From: Macrostomum lignano
Taxonomy: Eukaryota
Assembly: GCA_002269645.1 (NCBI GenBank)
Contig: NIVC01001498.1
Span: 186,001 to 250,000 of the forward strand
Length of the DNA stretch: 64,000 nt
Direction of reading: 5' to 3'
Shown here: piece after piece, positions 12,031-25,917 of the stretch
Position numbering within the stretch: position 1 is the stretch's first letter
How the letters are laid out: each line of letters opens with the position of its first letter
The notes under the pieces: generated by a model
Database searches by the model: none
What the model saw: only the letters and a program-made list of their open reading frames with translations
What the model was told of the DNA's origin: nothing
Program-made: the position numbers and the translations under genes

Positions 12031-14836
12031 AGTGGAAAGGGCGAAGAGCAGAGGGGAGATAATCGCCTGCGAAAGCAATATGATAATTTCAAAGAGATGC
12101 AGCGAGATGAGCGGATAAAGGTCGAGTTTTTAAAAAGCCAGCATTTGATTAACTATACAAATAATTTTGCCAATGACTAAGACCTAGCAAGAGAATGTGC
12201 AGCTTCCGTGTCTAAACGTCTTAGTTAAAAATGGACGAAAAATTTCAATTCATAAGCACTAAAGTGGTATTCCCTGGACCTGGATATATTGACGTTCTTA
12301 CTACACACTTGGACTGAACCAAGAGAAGAGATTACACTAATGCTCAAAGGCCATGGCCTGCATGGCTAGAGTTATAGCCAGGGGTGTTCGTTTGAGTTGT
12401 CTGCTTTGCTTTTTTGACCTCTCCTTCACGGCGGTGTCCTCTCTCTCTCTCTGTCTGTTTCTCTCTCCCTCACCGTAAAAATGAATTATGAAGAAGGCAG
12501 TTAGAATGGTAGTTTGAATAGTTTAGACAGTTGGCTAACGCCTAACCATGCGCCAGGCTCAGCCGCTCAGGTCGTGTAATCAATCTTCCATTCTAGCTTA
12601 TTTCATATATTAAGAAATAAGAAAATAAATATGAGAGGAGTTGGTCAAGCAATGAAGCTTTACAGTGAGACTGCAAGTAAACGCTAGAAACCCAACAGCA
12701 AGTCTGACAATGGAATAATAGGCTACACTGTATAGCAAAGCAAATTAGCTCCAGTTTGTCAGCATATTATGCTAACTATAATAAATCAAATCTCCACATC
12801 TAGCTTGAGTCGATTAGAAAAACTCGGCTTGGCCTTTATATTGAGTTAAAATGTTAAATGTTGGATGGTTAAAACAAATTTTCATTATTTCAAATTAGAT
12901 TTCATAGACGAAACGAAATATTGCAATTTCGTTGTTCTTGGGAACAAGAAACAATTAGTTTTCTTTCAAGTCTTAACGTCCCAGAAAAGATCTGATCTAG
13001 TAAAGATAATTCGTCTTCAATCCTAGTGCACTGACAATCGTATGTCACTCACTAACTTGCACAAGCAAACAGAAAGGGCTGCAAATAGCTAACTAAATAT
13101 TGCTGCACCAAGAAAGCACTCAACAGAGAAAGGGATATTATTACGGGAACTAATGACAATACATGAGGAAACACTTGTCACAATCTAAAGTCTGCGAGGC
13201 CGGGCCCCTGAATGAATTCGGAAGAAAAGTAGGTCATGCATTCACAAATCGAAGAATAATATTACTTACAATAATTGAGGCTAACTCAAACTCACCGATT
13301 ATGACAGATAGTAGCGGAAGCAACAGTAGCGTCCAGTTCCAATAATAGCTACTAGCACTAGGCCTTGCCATTTGGCGTATAGTATTTAGTAGTAGTCGTT
13401 TGGGAGTTGAGACCAGAAGAGAAGAGCTAGAAACGGCCAGCAGCTAAATTACAGTTAGCTGGATTTTAGTTTACTGCAGGCAGACGGCAGAGATAAGGCA
13501 AGCGCCTCTCCTCTCCAGGCGAATTAACAGCGGAGCTTCTCAAAAACTGGTTGTCTCTTCGCTTCTTTAAGTCTATATATTAAGCGAGATCCTTTATCGC
13601 TTAGTTTATAAAGATTTCAGATAAAATTTAAAAACAATTAGCACGTTGTGTTATCGATTAGTTAACTAATTATATAAATAAGCTTAATAGTAGCAGGACC
13701 ATGACCATGTGGCGCAGCGAAAGGACAACTGAACTGAACTGAAAGGGATGCGAATTGTGAATCTCGCGGCTTGAATGGCCTTTAAGAGAATTCGAGAGGT
13801 TTGAGTGTCCAGTAGAAAGACTGAGGCCACCGAACCCCTTCCTATTTAAAACGAAAGGGAGGCCCGGGGGGCTTTCCTTATCCTAATTGTACCTCCACGC
13901 CTTCCTGGCCTCTGATTGGTTGGTCGGTCGCGCTACTCCTTAATTTCTTTTTCACCCCAGCCAGCTCCGTTCAGAAGAAATAAGGCCCAATTATAACTGT
14001 CTGTGTCCTTTCTTTACTTTTCACATCACAATAATGGCATTTTATCGGTCCCGGCGCAAACACGCCATTTAGCTCGTATTAATTAGTGCTATATACTATA
14101 ACTATTATATACAATGCACACAAGAATCACAAGACTAGCCTTCCTTAATTATGAGCTATATTGTGTTCGTTCTGTCTGTCTGTCGTTTTCACACACGCGC
14201 TTCGCTATTTTTCAACTTTCGTTTCGTCATTGATACGACAAAACAAAAGTATTGTTCAATAAAATTGTACAAAGTTTAACTGCCCATTTCAAAGATAACA
14301 TAGAATGGAATTGAATAAGAAGCTAGCTACTTACACCTTACGAGACAAGCTAAATACATCTAACAAAGATATAGTCAGCCCGAGAAAAGCAGAGGGTTCG
14401 ATACGGTGTCACATGACATGCTATGCTAGTAAATTAGCTAAGCTAGATGTAACAAAACACCATACGATATTGAATATGAATTGTATTTTGGTTGGCTCCA
14501 TGGCTGTAAATATATCACAAAAACAAAGCCCAGGTTCTACGAAGTTCTACGAAGCTGTTCGAACTTCGAAAGTAGCAGTCTGTCCAATGTGCCGATATCA
14601 AATGCTTTGCTATGCAATATTTGTGCGAACATGCATTGCAGCGAGAAAGGGAGTTAAGAAAACAGCAGCAGACTCGCTCAAGATGGATGACATGCGAACA
14701 GTTCCCGCAAATCAGAATGACTACCTGCCTACCTATGGTACGGATTATTTTAGTTAGAAAATGTGTACTCCACTTCATATTTAACAGCTGAAAGCTACAG
14801 CACTTGCTTTGTGTTTGTTCAACTTCATTCATTAAC

Positions 14837-16217
14837 ACTGCCGATCTTCAACATCAAACTGCCGATCATTGACACCAAACTGCCGATCCTTAACACCAAA
14901 CTGCCGATCCTTAACACCAAACTGCCGATCCTTAACACCAAACTGCCAATCTTCAACCCAAAACTGCCTATGGATACTCAAAACTAAACTGCCGATTCTT
15001 ACAAGCAACACCAAACTGCCGATTCCCACAAGCAACACCAAACTGCCGATTTCCACAAAGCAACACCAAACTGCCGATTCCCACAAGCAATAGCAAACTG
15101 CCCGTTTCCACAAGCAACACCAAACTGCCCATTTCCACAAGCAACACCAAACTGCCCATTTCCACAAGCAACAGCAAACTGCCCATTTCCACAAGCAACA
15201 CCAAACTGCCGATTCCCACAAAGCAACACCAAACTGCCGATTCCCACAAGCAACACCAAACTGCCGATTCCCACAAGCAACACCAAACTGCCCATTTCCA
15301 CAAGCAACACCAAACTGCCGATTCCCACAAGCAACACCAAACTGCCGATTCCCACAAAGCAACACCAAGCTGCCGATTCCCACAAGCAACACCAAGCTGC
15401 CGATTCCCACAAGCAACACCAAAGTGCCGATTCCCACAAGCAACACCAAGCTGCCGATTCCCACAAGCAACACCAAACTGCCCATTTCCACAAGCAACAC
15501 CAAACTGCCGATTCCCACAAGCAACACCAAACTGCCGATTCCCACAAAGCAACACCAAGCTGCCGATTCCCACAAAGCAACACCAAGCTGCCGATTCCCA
15601 CAAGCAATACCAAACTGCCGATTCCCACAAGCAACACCAAGCTGCCGATTCCCACAAGCAACACCAAACTGCCGATTCCCACAAGAAACACCAAACTGCC
15701 GATTCCCACAAGCAATACCAAACTGCCGATTCCCACAAGCAACACCAAACTGCCGATTCCCACAAAGCAACACCAAGCTGCCGATTCCCACAAGAAATAC
15801 CAAACTGCCGATTCCCACAAAGCAACACCAAGCTGCCGATTCCCACAAGAAACACCAAACTGCCGATTCCCACAAGCAATACCAAACTGCCGATTCCCAC
15901 AAGCAACACCAAACTGCCGATTCCCACAAAGCAACACCAAGCTGCCGATTCCCACAAGCAACACCAAGCTGCCGATTCCCACAAGCAATACCAAACTGCC
16001 GATTCCCACAAGCAATACCAAACTGCCGATTTCCACAAGCAACAGCAAACTGCCGATTCCCACAAGCAACACCAAGCTGCCGATTCCCACAAGCAACACC
16101 AAGCTGCCGATTCCCACAAGCAACACCAAACTGCCGATTCCCACAAGCAACACCAAACTGCCGATTCCCACAAGCAACACCAAGCTGCCGATTCCCACAA
16201 GCAACACCAAGCTGCCG
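14837..16217. repeat. Compound minisatellite: 21-bp units, then 27/28-bp (AAACTGCCGATTCCCACAAGCAACACC)n
   Basis: 21-mer AAACTGCCGATCCTTAACACC at 14837-14968; about 45 copies of the 27-mer from about 14985. Confidence 0.95.
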
Positions 16218-17030
16218 TATAGCGCTGGCATGCCATAAGAATGCGAAAAGAATGCTAAATCTGGGAAGCCTTGTGAATATTTCTACACCGCTGTTCACAG
16301 CAAGGGAAAATAGTCAGCAGGCATGTCATGAGGGAGATACTTCGTACACACAGACGGATAGGCAGAACGAACCTTGCATGCCTTGGTCATCCCCTGGACA
16401 GCGCATGGATGGGATGGCACAACAGTAGCAGCGCGGGACATTTCAAACATTCATCTCCTCTGGGCTCCCTAGGAACTTTTTCCCGCACTCAGCAAAGTAT
16501 TTTTTCTTTTTTTAAACTTAAAACACACCCATTCCATGTAGAAGGCTCCGTAGGGATCTATCAAGGGGATCATGGCCATAAATCTGGAACAGAAAATTCT
16601 CCTATACGCCATTGATGTTCAGTTTTTTTATAGTTTCTCAGCGGAGCTGTTCTGTGCGGCCCTTCGTCCATCATCCATCTGTCCATCATCCGGCGGCGAC
16701 TTTTAACTGATGGGTCACGTGATCCGGGACGAGAGCTGCTGCCCCCGCCTCAACAGGACGCTCTGCTGCTCACCTGGCAGAAACATTCACGGCGCGGCTT
16801 TCTCTAGATTAGCTTGTATGGATTTTGCTAGAAACCAAAAGGCTCTGCAGTCCTCAATTTTCTTAGAAATAAGGAGGAAGCCGGTAAAGACCGAATTTTT
16901 CCCATTTTCTTGACCGACTTTGTCTATGGCGAAACACCACTCACTCGGCGCTGCACTCTAGTCCAGTCCAGTTTCTCGTTCAAGCTGTCCTTGGATTCTA
17001 TATCCATGCATGCATTACCGGTAACCATTT

Positions 17031-17432
17031 TTAGACAGAATAACCAACCGCATCTCTCAAAACGATCATTTTCCTTCCTCCCTTCCTCCTCCCAGCGGCC
17101 AGTTTGACGAACCATGTGCCAGATATGTTCCTGGGCAGGTGCCTCAGCCGCCGGTCATCCATCAAGAAGTCCGGCGGTCCAGCCCCAAGCCCTTCAATAC
17201 TGTATGTGTATAATATAGGGAATCTGAGGCAGACGCGCCCTAGATGGGAGGCGGGCAGCCTAATTAATACACGGCAGGGGTGTGCAGCGCCCGGCAGTTT
17301 GGGAATCCATGCAGCCAGCCAGTTTTGAAAGGCAAGCCAGCGACTCCGGTATGACGGGCTCGTCCGAAGCTTAGGGCGAATGGAGGAGGCCATCGCTTCC
17401 CACATATCAATGCGCAATGCCCGGTTCTGCAT
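17031..17432 (-). mobile_element. Possible decayed tyrosine-recombinase (DIRS/Ngaro/Crypton-like) N-terminal fragment
   Basis: ORF contains TSPSYRSRWLAFQNWL, fitting the T-x3-Y-x3-W-x2-F-x2-W helix pattern of YR N-terminal SAM-like domains. Downstream frames are broken and no catalytic R-H-R-Y motifs are seen. Confidence 0.25.
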
Positions 17433-17651
17433 GCAGACGGGGAAGAGGTTGCGTTCGGGAGAATTTGGCAGCTAAGGCAATCCGTCATCGAGTAGGAGGA
17501 GGAGGATGAGGCAGAGGAGGTCCCACGTCGGACAATGTCAATCTGCGTGGGTGCCGCGGCAAATGCATTGAATAGAGAAAAGAATGAGGGGAATATAGAA
17601 AGCTATATAGAGTGTGTTTGAGGCTGGGACATTGAAACCGCCGGACCACAG

Positions 17652-17987
<336 letters not shown>

Positions 17988-18404
17988 TTTTTTGCTTGCT
18001 TCCTGTATTGTTAGATTTCCATGCTTCGAACATTTGAACTGATTGCTCATTGTTACGGATTAGTGCTTCTGAAGCACACTCACTTGCCTATCTCTGGGTC
18101 CCTCATACAGCTAAGCTAAACCGTCAGCTATGCCGTTTTCGCGTCAAACGTGCTTGCGGTCATTTTCATTGGGATTATTTGGATTAAAAAGAGATTTCGT
18201 CTGTCTACCACTACAATTCTTATCGGAGGTACTTAAATTGCAGACGGACTTTTACGGATAGAAATCATTCTGGTCGATAAATTTAAGAATAAAATTTTGA
18301 ATTCAGGTCGCCAAGCTTAAGGGAAGTGTTTTAACTGCCTACTCATCAATTCACCTGAAAAGGTCTATCAACCATTTATTCAGTGCTGCTTATGAGCTAA
18401 TATG

Positions 18405-18610
18405 GTACTAAACACACAGGACTCAACGGTACTAAACTAAACACATAGGACTCAACGGTACTAAATTAAACACACAGGACTCAATTTTACTAAACACACA
18501 GGACTCAATTTTACTAAACACACAGGACTCAATTTTACTAAACACACAGGACTCAATTTTACTAAACACACAGGACTCAATTGTACTAAACACACAGAAC
18601 TCAACGGTAC
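18405..18610. repeat. 24-bp minisatellite (TAAACACACAGGACTCAATTTTAC)n
   Basis: About 8 copies. Confidence 0.92.
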
Positions 18611-19272
18611 GTTTAAGTGCTCATGAAGTATCAATAAAAAGAAGGACAACAATCTAATAAACGCGATCAGATAATAAATTTAGCATTTTTTGCTGGCAAA
18701 CTTGCTTTCAATCTGATTTATTAAGCAATCCAGCTAATTATTAATTCCTCATAAACGAATGCCTATGGTCCAGCAGATTCGGCCGTCTTAGTCTTCATCA
18801 ATCACTAAAACTAAGAGGTCTGAGAGCGCTTCCTTTTCGCCTTTGATCTCCGAACTCGATAACCACCCCGTGCCCACTCGGGGAAGATTTCGATGGATGC
18901 ATTGGCTGGCTGTCGGTGTTCATTCTTCAATCTTGATCCCCACACCCTCCCAAGCGGCCCAATTCCCAAGTGGCAGTCAGTGTCTGGCCAGAGAATCTGA
19001 TTCTTGATTAATTGCTAGAGCGGGGAGGGTTGCTGTATATGGTGTTGGATCCGCGGGCCCTTCTTTCGGATTTTTCGAAGCAACTGGTATGATCATTCCA
19101 AATCTTCATAGAGAGAATCGAGAACCTCTCGTGTTTATGAAAACTAGATAAATTTGCATAATCCTTATGAGGATTTTACTCGTATTAGGAGAATATGTCT
19201 ATTAGGGTCACGAGTGAGTCTCAGGAAACAGACACAACTTTCCCTTTGTGAGGCAGGATTCTAAGTCCATGG

Positions 19273-19523
19273 GAGTCGTCAGTGAGTCAGAACTTCCCGT
19301 GGGTCCACTGTGAGTTGTCAGTGAGTCAGGACTTCCCGTGGGTCCACTGCGAGTCGTCAGTGAGTCAGGACTTCCCGTGGGTCCACTGCGAGTCGTCAGT
19401 GAGTCAGGACTTCCCGTGGGTTCACTGTGAGTCGTCAGTGAGTCAGGACTTCCCGTGGGTCCACTGCGAGTCGTCAGTGAATCAGGTCTTCCCGTGGGTC
19501 AACTGCGAGTCTTCAGTGAGTCA
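19273..19523. repeat. 39-bp minisatellite with a TGAGTCA motif in each unit
   Basis: GAGTCGTCAGTGAGTCAGGACTTCCCGTGGGTCCACTGC, about 6.5 copies. Confidence 0.95.
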
Positions 19524-20092
19524 ATATGTCTTAAATTCACAATATGAAGTCATTATTAAGTATTTATCGTGGGTCAAGTTCATCGTTATCCGAGTCAAGT
19601 AGTTGTAATAGCTTTTATTTTTATTAGTAGCTAAAGTATGAAATTATTCAACCATGTTGGAGATCCACCTAAAGCTTTTAATTCCTTAGGTTAGTGCTGC
19701 CTCACGTTTCAATTAACGAACGGTTCTGAAAGTGAGGCAAATTGTATGCAAATCTCCACTCAATTTTATTACGTAACAGGCAAACTAAAACTTGTGGCAA
19801 AAAGCGTCAAAAGCGTCAATTTTCGCTGGAACGCCAATTTATGGCCTGACAGTTGCGTCCTTATTAACCCAATATGTATACAGAATACGAAGAAAAAAAT
19901 ATGCATAGTAATTCTATCCAATATGTTTGGCCCAGCTATGCGCAAAATCCAGTGACCCGAGAATTGATATGAAGGCCCAGTACTGTCTTCCGTTTGACAC
20001 AGGCATTGTAAATTAATATTATTAATTAACACCTTAATTAGCTGAACAGTATCTGTTAATTACCACTAACGATTATTAAACAATTGGTGGGG

Positions 20093-20531
20093 GATTCTTA
20101 GATGATTGAAATGCGATTCTTAGATGATTAGAGGGCGATTCTGAGATGATTAGTGGACGATTCTTAGATGATTAGAGAGCGATTCTTAGATGATTAGAGG
20201 GCAATTCTTAGATGATAAGAGAGCGATTCTTAGATGATAAGAGGGCGATTCTTAGATGATAAGAGGGCGATTCTTAGATGATAAGAGAGCGATTCTTAGA
20301 TGATAAGAGGGCGATTCTTAGATGATAAGAGGGCGATTCTTAGATGATTAGAGGGCAATTCTTAGATGATAAGAGGGCGATTCTTAGATGATTGGAGGGC
20401 GATTCTTAGATGATTAGAGGGCAATTCTTAGATTATAAGAGGGCGATTCTTAGATGATAAGAGGGCGATTCTTAGATGATTAGAGGGCGATTCTTAGATG
20501 ATTAGAGGGCGATTCTTAGATGATTGGAGGG
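20093..20531. repeat. 22-bp minisatellite (CGATTCTTAGATGATAAGAGGG)n
   Basis: About 20 copies. Confidence 0.95.
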
Positions 20532-20977
20532 CCATCACACTTAGATTAGATTTAATTTTTTAGCCTTTGTGCTCGGGACATGATCTGTCTTTTCTGCAGC
20601 ATTTGAAAATTGCTTCGCTAGAAATGGATCTAACAGGGAAATCCATCCTGTTCGTCTGTGTTTACAATTTTGAGGAAAAAACTTACGAACAAGGAAGGGA
20701 TTTGCTGTGCGCCCTTGTTTAAACACTTTGAACGTGACTTTTTTCACCCAAAAACAGTTTTCCTTATCATTAAAACTGGGGAAAATGATAAAAAAATCTG
20801 ACAGACTGTCTGTCCCTTATTACCAAGAAATGGTTCACAAAGTTGGACCAGGTATTGGTTAATATATTATATCAACATTAACTAACTGCGATAAGGATAT
20901 TCTTTATTAAATAGTAAAAAAAATCGAGCTAACAATGAATATTGATAATAGCAACTATCGTGAACTCCACGAGATAT

Positions 20978-21170
20978 CCAAGGGGCGCCATCTCTATCTG
21001 AAAGGCGCTATTCAAGGGGCGCCACAGCTATCCGAAGGGGTGCCATCCTAGGGGCGCCATCGGTATTCAAAGGGCGCCACAGCTATCCCAGGGGTGCCAT
21101 CCCAGGGGTGCCATCCCAGGGGTGCCATCCCAGGGGCGCCATCACTATCCAAGGGGCGCTATCCAAGGGG
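20978..21170. repeat. Degenerate CAGGGG(C/T)GCCATCC repeat cluster
   Basis: About 10 irregularly spaced copies of AGGGGYGCCA. Confidence 0.75.
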
Positions 21171-21711
21171 GAATAAGACTGAGCCAGCAGCAGTTTAACA
21201 AGTCGCAAGCCACAGAACCCCAGTTGCATCCAATTCAATCTGTGGAAAGCATCTCACGCAGTTGCTTTGCCGCTGAACCAGCGAATCTGCCGCGATGACG
21301 CAACAGTTTGTCTGTCATGAAGGATCCTCCAGCATAAGGCTGATGATGGTAGAAGGCTGGGGTAAGGAGCGAATCTTTGTTTGTCTTGGTCTCCGGGCCT
21401 GCGATAGTGCGGTCTGGCCGTCACAGCGCCTCCCATTCTAGTCTTTGTGCCAATTAGTAGGGCCAATTCTGCTTGCAAGTTAAAGGGGCTTCACGTAAGA
21501 CGAGGGACTGGTTGGCCCACTTTGTTGAACAGGGGATGCGGAACTGGCTTGGTTCGTGCTTGATGGCGATGAAAAGGAAGGCTGCCGTTGTTTGTTGTGC
21601 AGGAATTCGGATCGAATATTGCGAGTTGAAAAAATATTAAGAATTACTGAATGGGTGAGTGATGGAAAGATTTGCTAACGTCAGCTATAAGCTCGTGTGT
21701 GGTTCTCTGAT

Positions 21712-21790
21712 GACAGACAGACAGACAGACAGACACACAGACAGACAGACAGACAGACACACAGACACACAGACAGACAGACAGACAGAC

Positions 21791-21867
<77 letters not shown>

Positions 21868-21874
21868 CACAGAC

Positions 21875-21923
<49 letters not shown>

Positions 21924-21945
21924 CAACAGACAGACACACAGACAC

Positions 21946-21988
<43 letters not shown>

Positions 21989-22062
21989 CACAGACAGACA
22001 GACAGACAGGCAGACAGACAGACAGACAGACAGACACAACAGACAGACACACAGACAGACAC

Positions 22063-22105
<43 letters not shown>

Positions 22106-22127
22106 CAACAGACAGACACACAGACAC

Positions 22128-22202
<75 letters not shown>

Positions 22203-22211
22203 CACAGACAC

Positions 22212-22242
<31 letters not shown>

Positions 22243-22243
22243 C

Positions 22244-22290
<47 letters not shown>

Positions 22291-22348
22291 CACAGACAGA
22301 CAGACAGACAGACAGACACAACAGACAGACACACAGACAGACACACAG
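21712..22348. repeat. (GACA)n microsatellite with CACA variants
   Basis: Direct reading. Confidence 0.97.
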
Positions 22349-22854
22349 AAAGACCTACCGTCCTGATTCCTCTCCAAAAGTCGGGTCAAGCGGCGGTTTG
22401 AAACCTGCAGGGAGGTGGAAAAATCGAAAGGAAAGTTGCACAAGAAGAATTCGGCATTCCTTTGAAGCTGCAACCAAAATATGGGGATTGCCTCGCCTCC
22501 TAGGGAAAATCCAGCTGTGTCCTATTATCTTCCCACTTCGTTCTTTGAAATCCCGAATGCAACGATTCCAGATCCTGACATCCCCCTGCCTGACATGACA
22601 GGAACGTCAAGGACCAGTCACGGCCGGCCTGCAGAGGAATGGATCTTGAACGCTGCGACTTGACCTTTTGACGTATTTTCCCCGTTGGATTTTTCTTCCC
22701 ATTTCCGTTTCTGGAAGTTGTGGCTAACGAAACTTTTTTAAGGGGCGATTTGCGGCTTCTGTAGAGCTCATTTGCTGGTTAGAAATAGCAGGGTCACCGC
22801 TGACCTAAGAGCGTCATCATCACAGAGCTTACTGTTAAAGTTGGAGCATAGTAA

Positions 22855-23005
22855 TCTCAAGATCTATGAGTAGAGTTATCGCAAGATCTAAGATCTATGA
22901 ACAGAGTTATCGCAAGATCTATGAGCATAGTCATAGCAAGATCTATGAGCATAGTCATTGCAAGATATATGAGCATGGTCATCGCAAGTTCTATGACCCT
23001 ATGAG
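22855..23005. repeat. 24-bp minisatellite (GCAAGATCTATGAGCATAGTCAT[A/T/C])n
   Basis: About 6 diverged copies. Confidence 0.85.
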
Positions 23006-23525
23006 CAGTGCTCACTGGATGCATGAACACAGTCAGCAAATTAACTTCAAAACAGAATAGAATATAAGAGCAGCTTGCAGCCAACAACGACCTCCTAAGC
23101 CAAATAAATTGGCAAAACTTACGCAAGATTTTGCGTCCCTAAAGTCGCCGCACAAAAATCCTGCCCCTATAAATCATAGCAGAAATGCCCCGGCATTAAC
23201 TAATTCAACGAGCTCTGTGTCTACATATTGCGCAATCGATATTGGCAGGGGCGAATTCTAAGATTCCTAAATTGAAGCCCAATTTTTTCTACTCAACCTG
23301 CGCTGTTGGGGAGAACTGGCCCGAATTCCCATCCTTGATATCCCCAGCCATCTGGCCGCCTCTGAAGCGACCGGCTTATCTGCTGAGTAGAGGATGGTCT
23401 TGGCGGGGATCTCAAATGAGTCGGGACAGTCACATGCCATACTGTATTTATTTGATTAATGCTTTAAGTAAGGCGTTTGACCTGAGATGATTATTGAGAG
23501 AACATAGCACTAGTCACGTTTCTGC

Positions 23526-23563
23526 GGCAACATCCGGGAATCGAACCCCCGGTCCTGTGGCAC
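23526..23563 (-). pseudogene. tRNA 3'-half / tRNA-derived SINE fragment (B-box)
   Basis: Minus strand GTGCCACAGGACCGGGGGTTCGATTCCCGGATGTTGCC contains a canonical T-loop/B-box GGTTCGATTCC with a paired T-stem, resembling the 3' halves of tRNA-Gly/Asp. No D-arm or A-box upstream. Confidence 0.4.
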
Positions 23564-23574
23564 TTGGGAAAGGG

Positions 23575-24125
23575 CCAATTTAGAGTGTTAGGAGGGCCAC
23601 GCTTTATGAGTCAGGTGATGCAATTTTAGTGTCAAGAGTGGCACTTTTGAGTGTCACGGGATGCCATTTTTGAGTGCCAGGGGACGCCGCTTTTGAGTGT
23701 CCTGGGATGATATTTTAGGGTGTCAGGGGATGCCATTTCAGAGTGTCAGGAGATGCCATTTTAAGGGTGTCAGGGGATGCCATTTTAGAGTGTCCTGGGA
23801 TGCCATTTTAGAGTGTCAGGGGATGCCATTTTAAGGGTGTCAGGGGATGCCATTTTAAGGGTGTCAGGAGATGCCATTTTAAGGGTGTCAGGGGATGCCA
23901 TTTTAGAGTGTCCTGGGATGCCATTTTAGAGTGTCAGGGGATGCCATTTTAGAGTGTCAGGGGATGCCAATTTAGAGTGTCAGGGGATGCCAATTTAGAG
24001 TGTCAGGGGATGCTATTTTAGAGTGTCAGGGGATGCCATTTTAGAGTGTCAGGGGATGCCAATTTAGAGTGTCAGAGGATGCCATTTTAGAGTGTCAGGG
24101 GATTCCATTTTATGGTGTCAGGGGT
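23575..24125. repeat. 23-bp minisatellite (ATGCCATTTTAGAGTGTCAGGGG)n
   Basis: More than 20 copies, degenerate at the left edge. Confidence 0.93.
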
Positions 24126-24978
24126 GTCATTCTGGGGCATCCTAAAGAATAAAATCTAAAGCAGAGCCAGTAGTATCCAACGGCCATTAAAAGATCTATA
24201 AAGCCTGAAAACTTTTTAGGAAAAATTGTGAGAATGTAATCGAAGTACACTAGTGAGTGAACTTGAAATACTTCAAGTCAAAGCCCGTGTTGACCTCGTG
24301 GCCCCAAAAGGATTAATTTTAACCCTTGATCCCGTGCACACACCGTTTTTTACTTTCGATCGGTGCACCGCGACCTCTTGGACTCATAACTCAGTTTGCT
24401 CAGCTCATTTAGGAAGTCAGAGCGAAGGAAGCGTGAATCGGATAAGAGAGTAGATCTCTTCTGGCTCCGGAGCGGAGGAAGTCGTCTTACAAAACCGAAA
24501 AGCTGTATATTTTTTTCTAAGAAAAGGGGGATTCATACCGTACCAGATGAGTCATTTGTTTATCGGGCTGATTTGTGCGGAAATTTGAAGATATGAATAT
24601 AAAAAAATCGAAGCCTAATGCTAACTAAGTAGCCATTATTGCAATCAGCCCCTATATACCCTCGTAGGGTAATAATTTACTCATGGGGGCATTAAACATT
24701 TACCTCAGATTTATGCGTCTGTTGATAGAGCTTGAGTTCTGTCTTTAGCGATAAAACCGACTCTGCTGCCAAGTCAGGCACAATGGGCTTATTGGCTATT
24801 AGCTGGGTCGCTGAGCTGGGCTCCGAAACTCTACCGTTTGTGGTTTCCGGAGGCGATTGGAAGCTTAGCGGCCTTGATAAACTCGGTTATTAACACGAGG
24901 CTGACCAGCCAGTAAGATGCGTCCGCAGTGGGAGCGCCTGCAACAGATTATAATGACTTGATACGGGTCGGATTGAAG

Positions 24979-25277
<299 letters not shown>

Positions 25278-25917
25278 CTTGTGAAACAGCCAAGTTTTTT
25301 CAAGTTCACAAATGGACGAAAATGAGACAGAACTGGAAAGTGAAAGCCAGAAGATACTGATACAATTCCAATGAACAGCATGGGTGATGGATCAGTTTTC
25401 TGTGATTGTTTTTCTCCTGTTTCCAAGCAGTTCGGAGAGTTCAGCTCGGTAAACTTTGGCTTGCTGGGAAAATTGGCAGAAACGGCTACAACCCGGCCTC
25501 TGCCATACGGAAAGCTTCGTTCGAACGCTGAATGATGGAGAATAATTAGATTTTTTCGCGCTCTTCTTTCTCTCTCGAGGCGGGGCGTTGACAGGAGAAA
25601 ATTCGATGTGTTGCAATCTCTCGCTCTCTACTTTCCTTTTCCGGTAGGATTGTAGCTGAGTTTTATTTAAGTTATTAAATTTTTTGCACACTTTTCTACT
25701 GTTAGTAGACTAAAAATAAAAATGCTCCAGTTTTTCTTCTTACGAGTAGAAAAAAGGGATGAATGCTAAAATAACAAAAATAAAGACATTATTAGTAGGA
25801 GGCAACACGATGCCTATGCAAGTAGACACTGCATGCAAACAGTTGCCACTATGACCGAATAGAAGTCACTATGATCAGATTTTTTTTGGTTTCAAACCCT
25901 ATGACAAGAGGTTGTAA

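Noticed and set aside
14305-14757. 150-aa non-repetitive ORF
   Set aside because: No recognisable domain or splice context; AT-rich; within chance expectation for six frames.
6496-16428. Repetitive ORFs (QITDP, CGNRQFG, GTGF, LYPLRS)
   Set aside because: Each coincides with a minisatellite and is open in several frames or strands.
16774-17028. Minus-strand exon chain (MDIESKDSLNEKLDWTRVQRR|gtgagt; 16827-16774 with strong splice sites)
   Set aside because: The strongly bounded 54-nt exon has stops in all three frames; no recognisable product.
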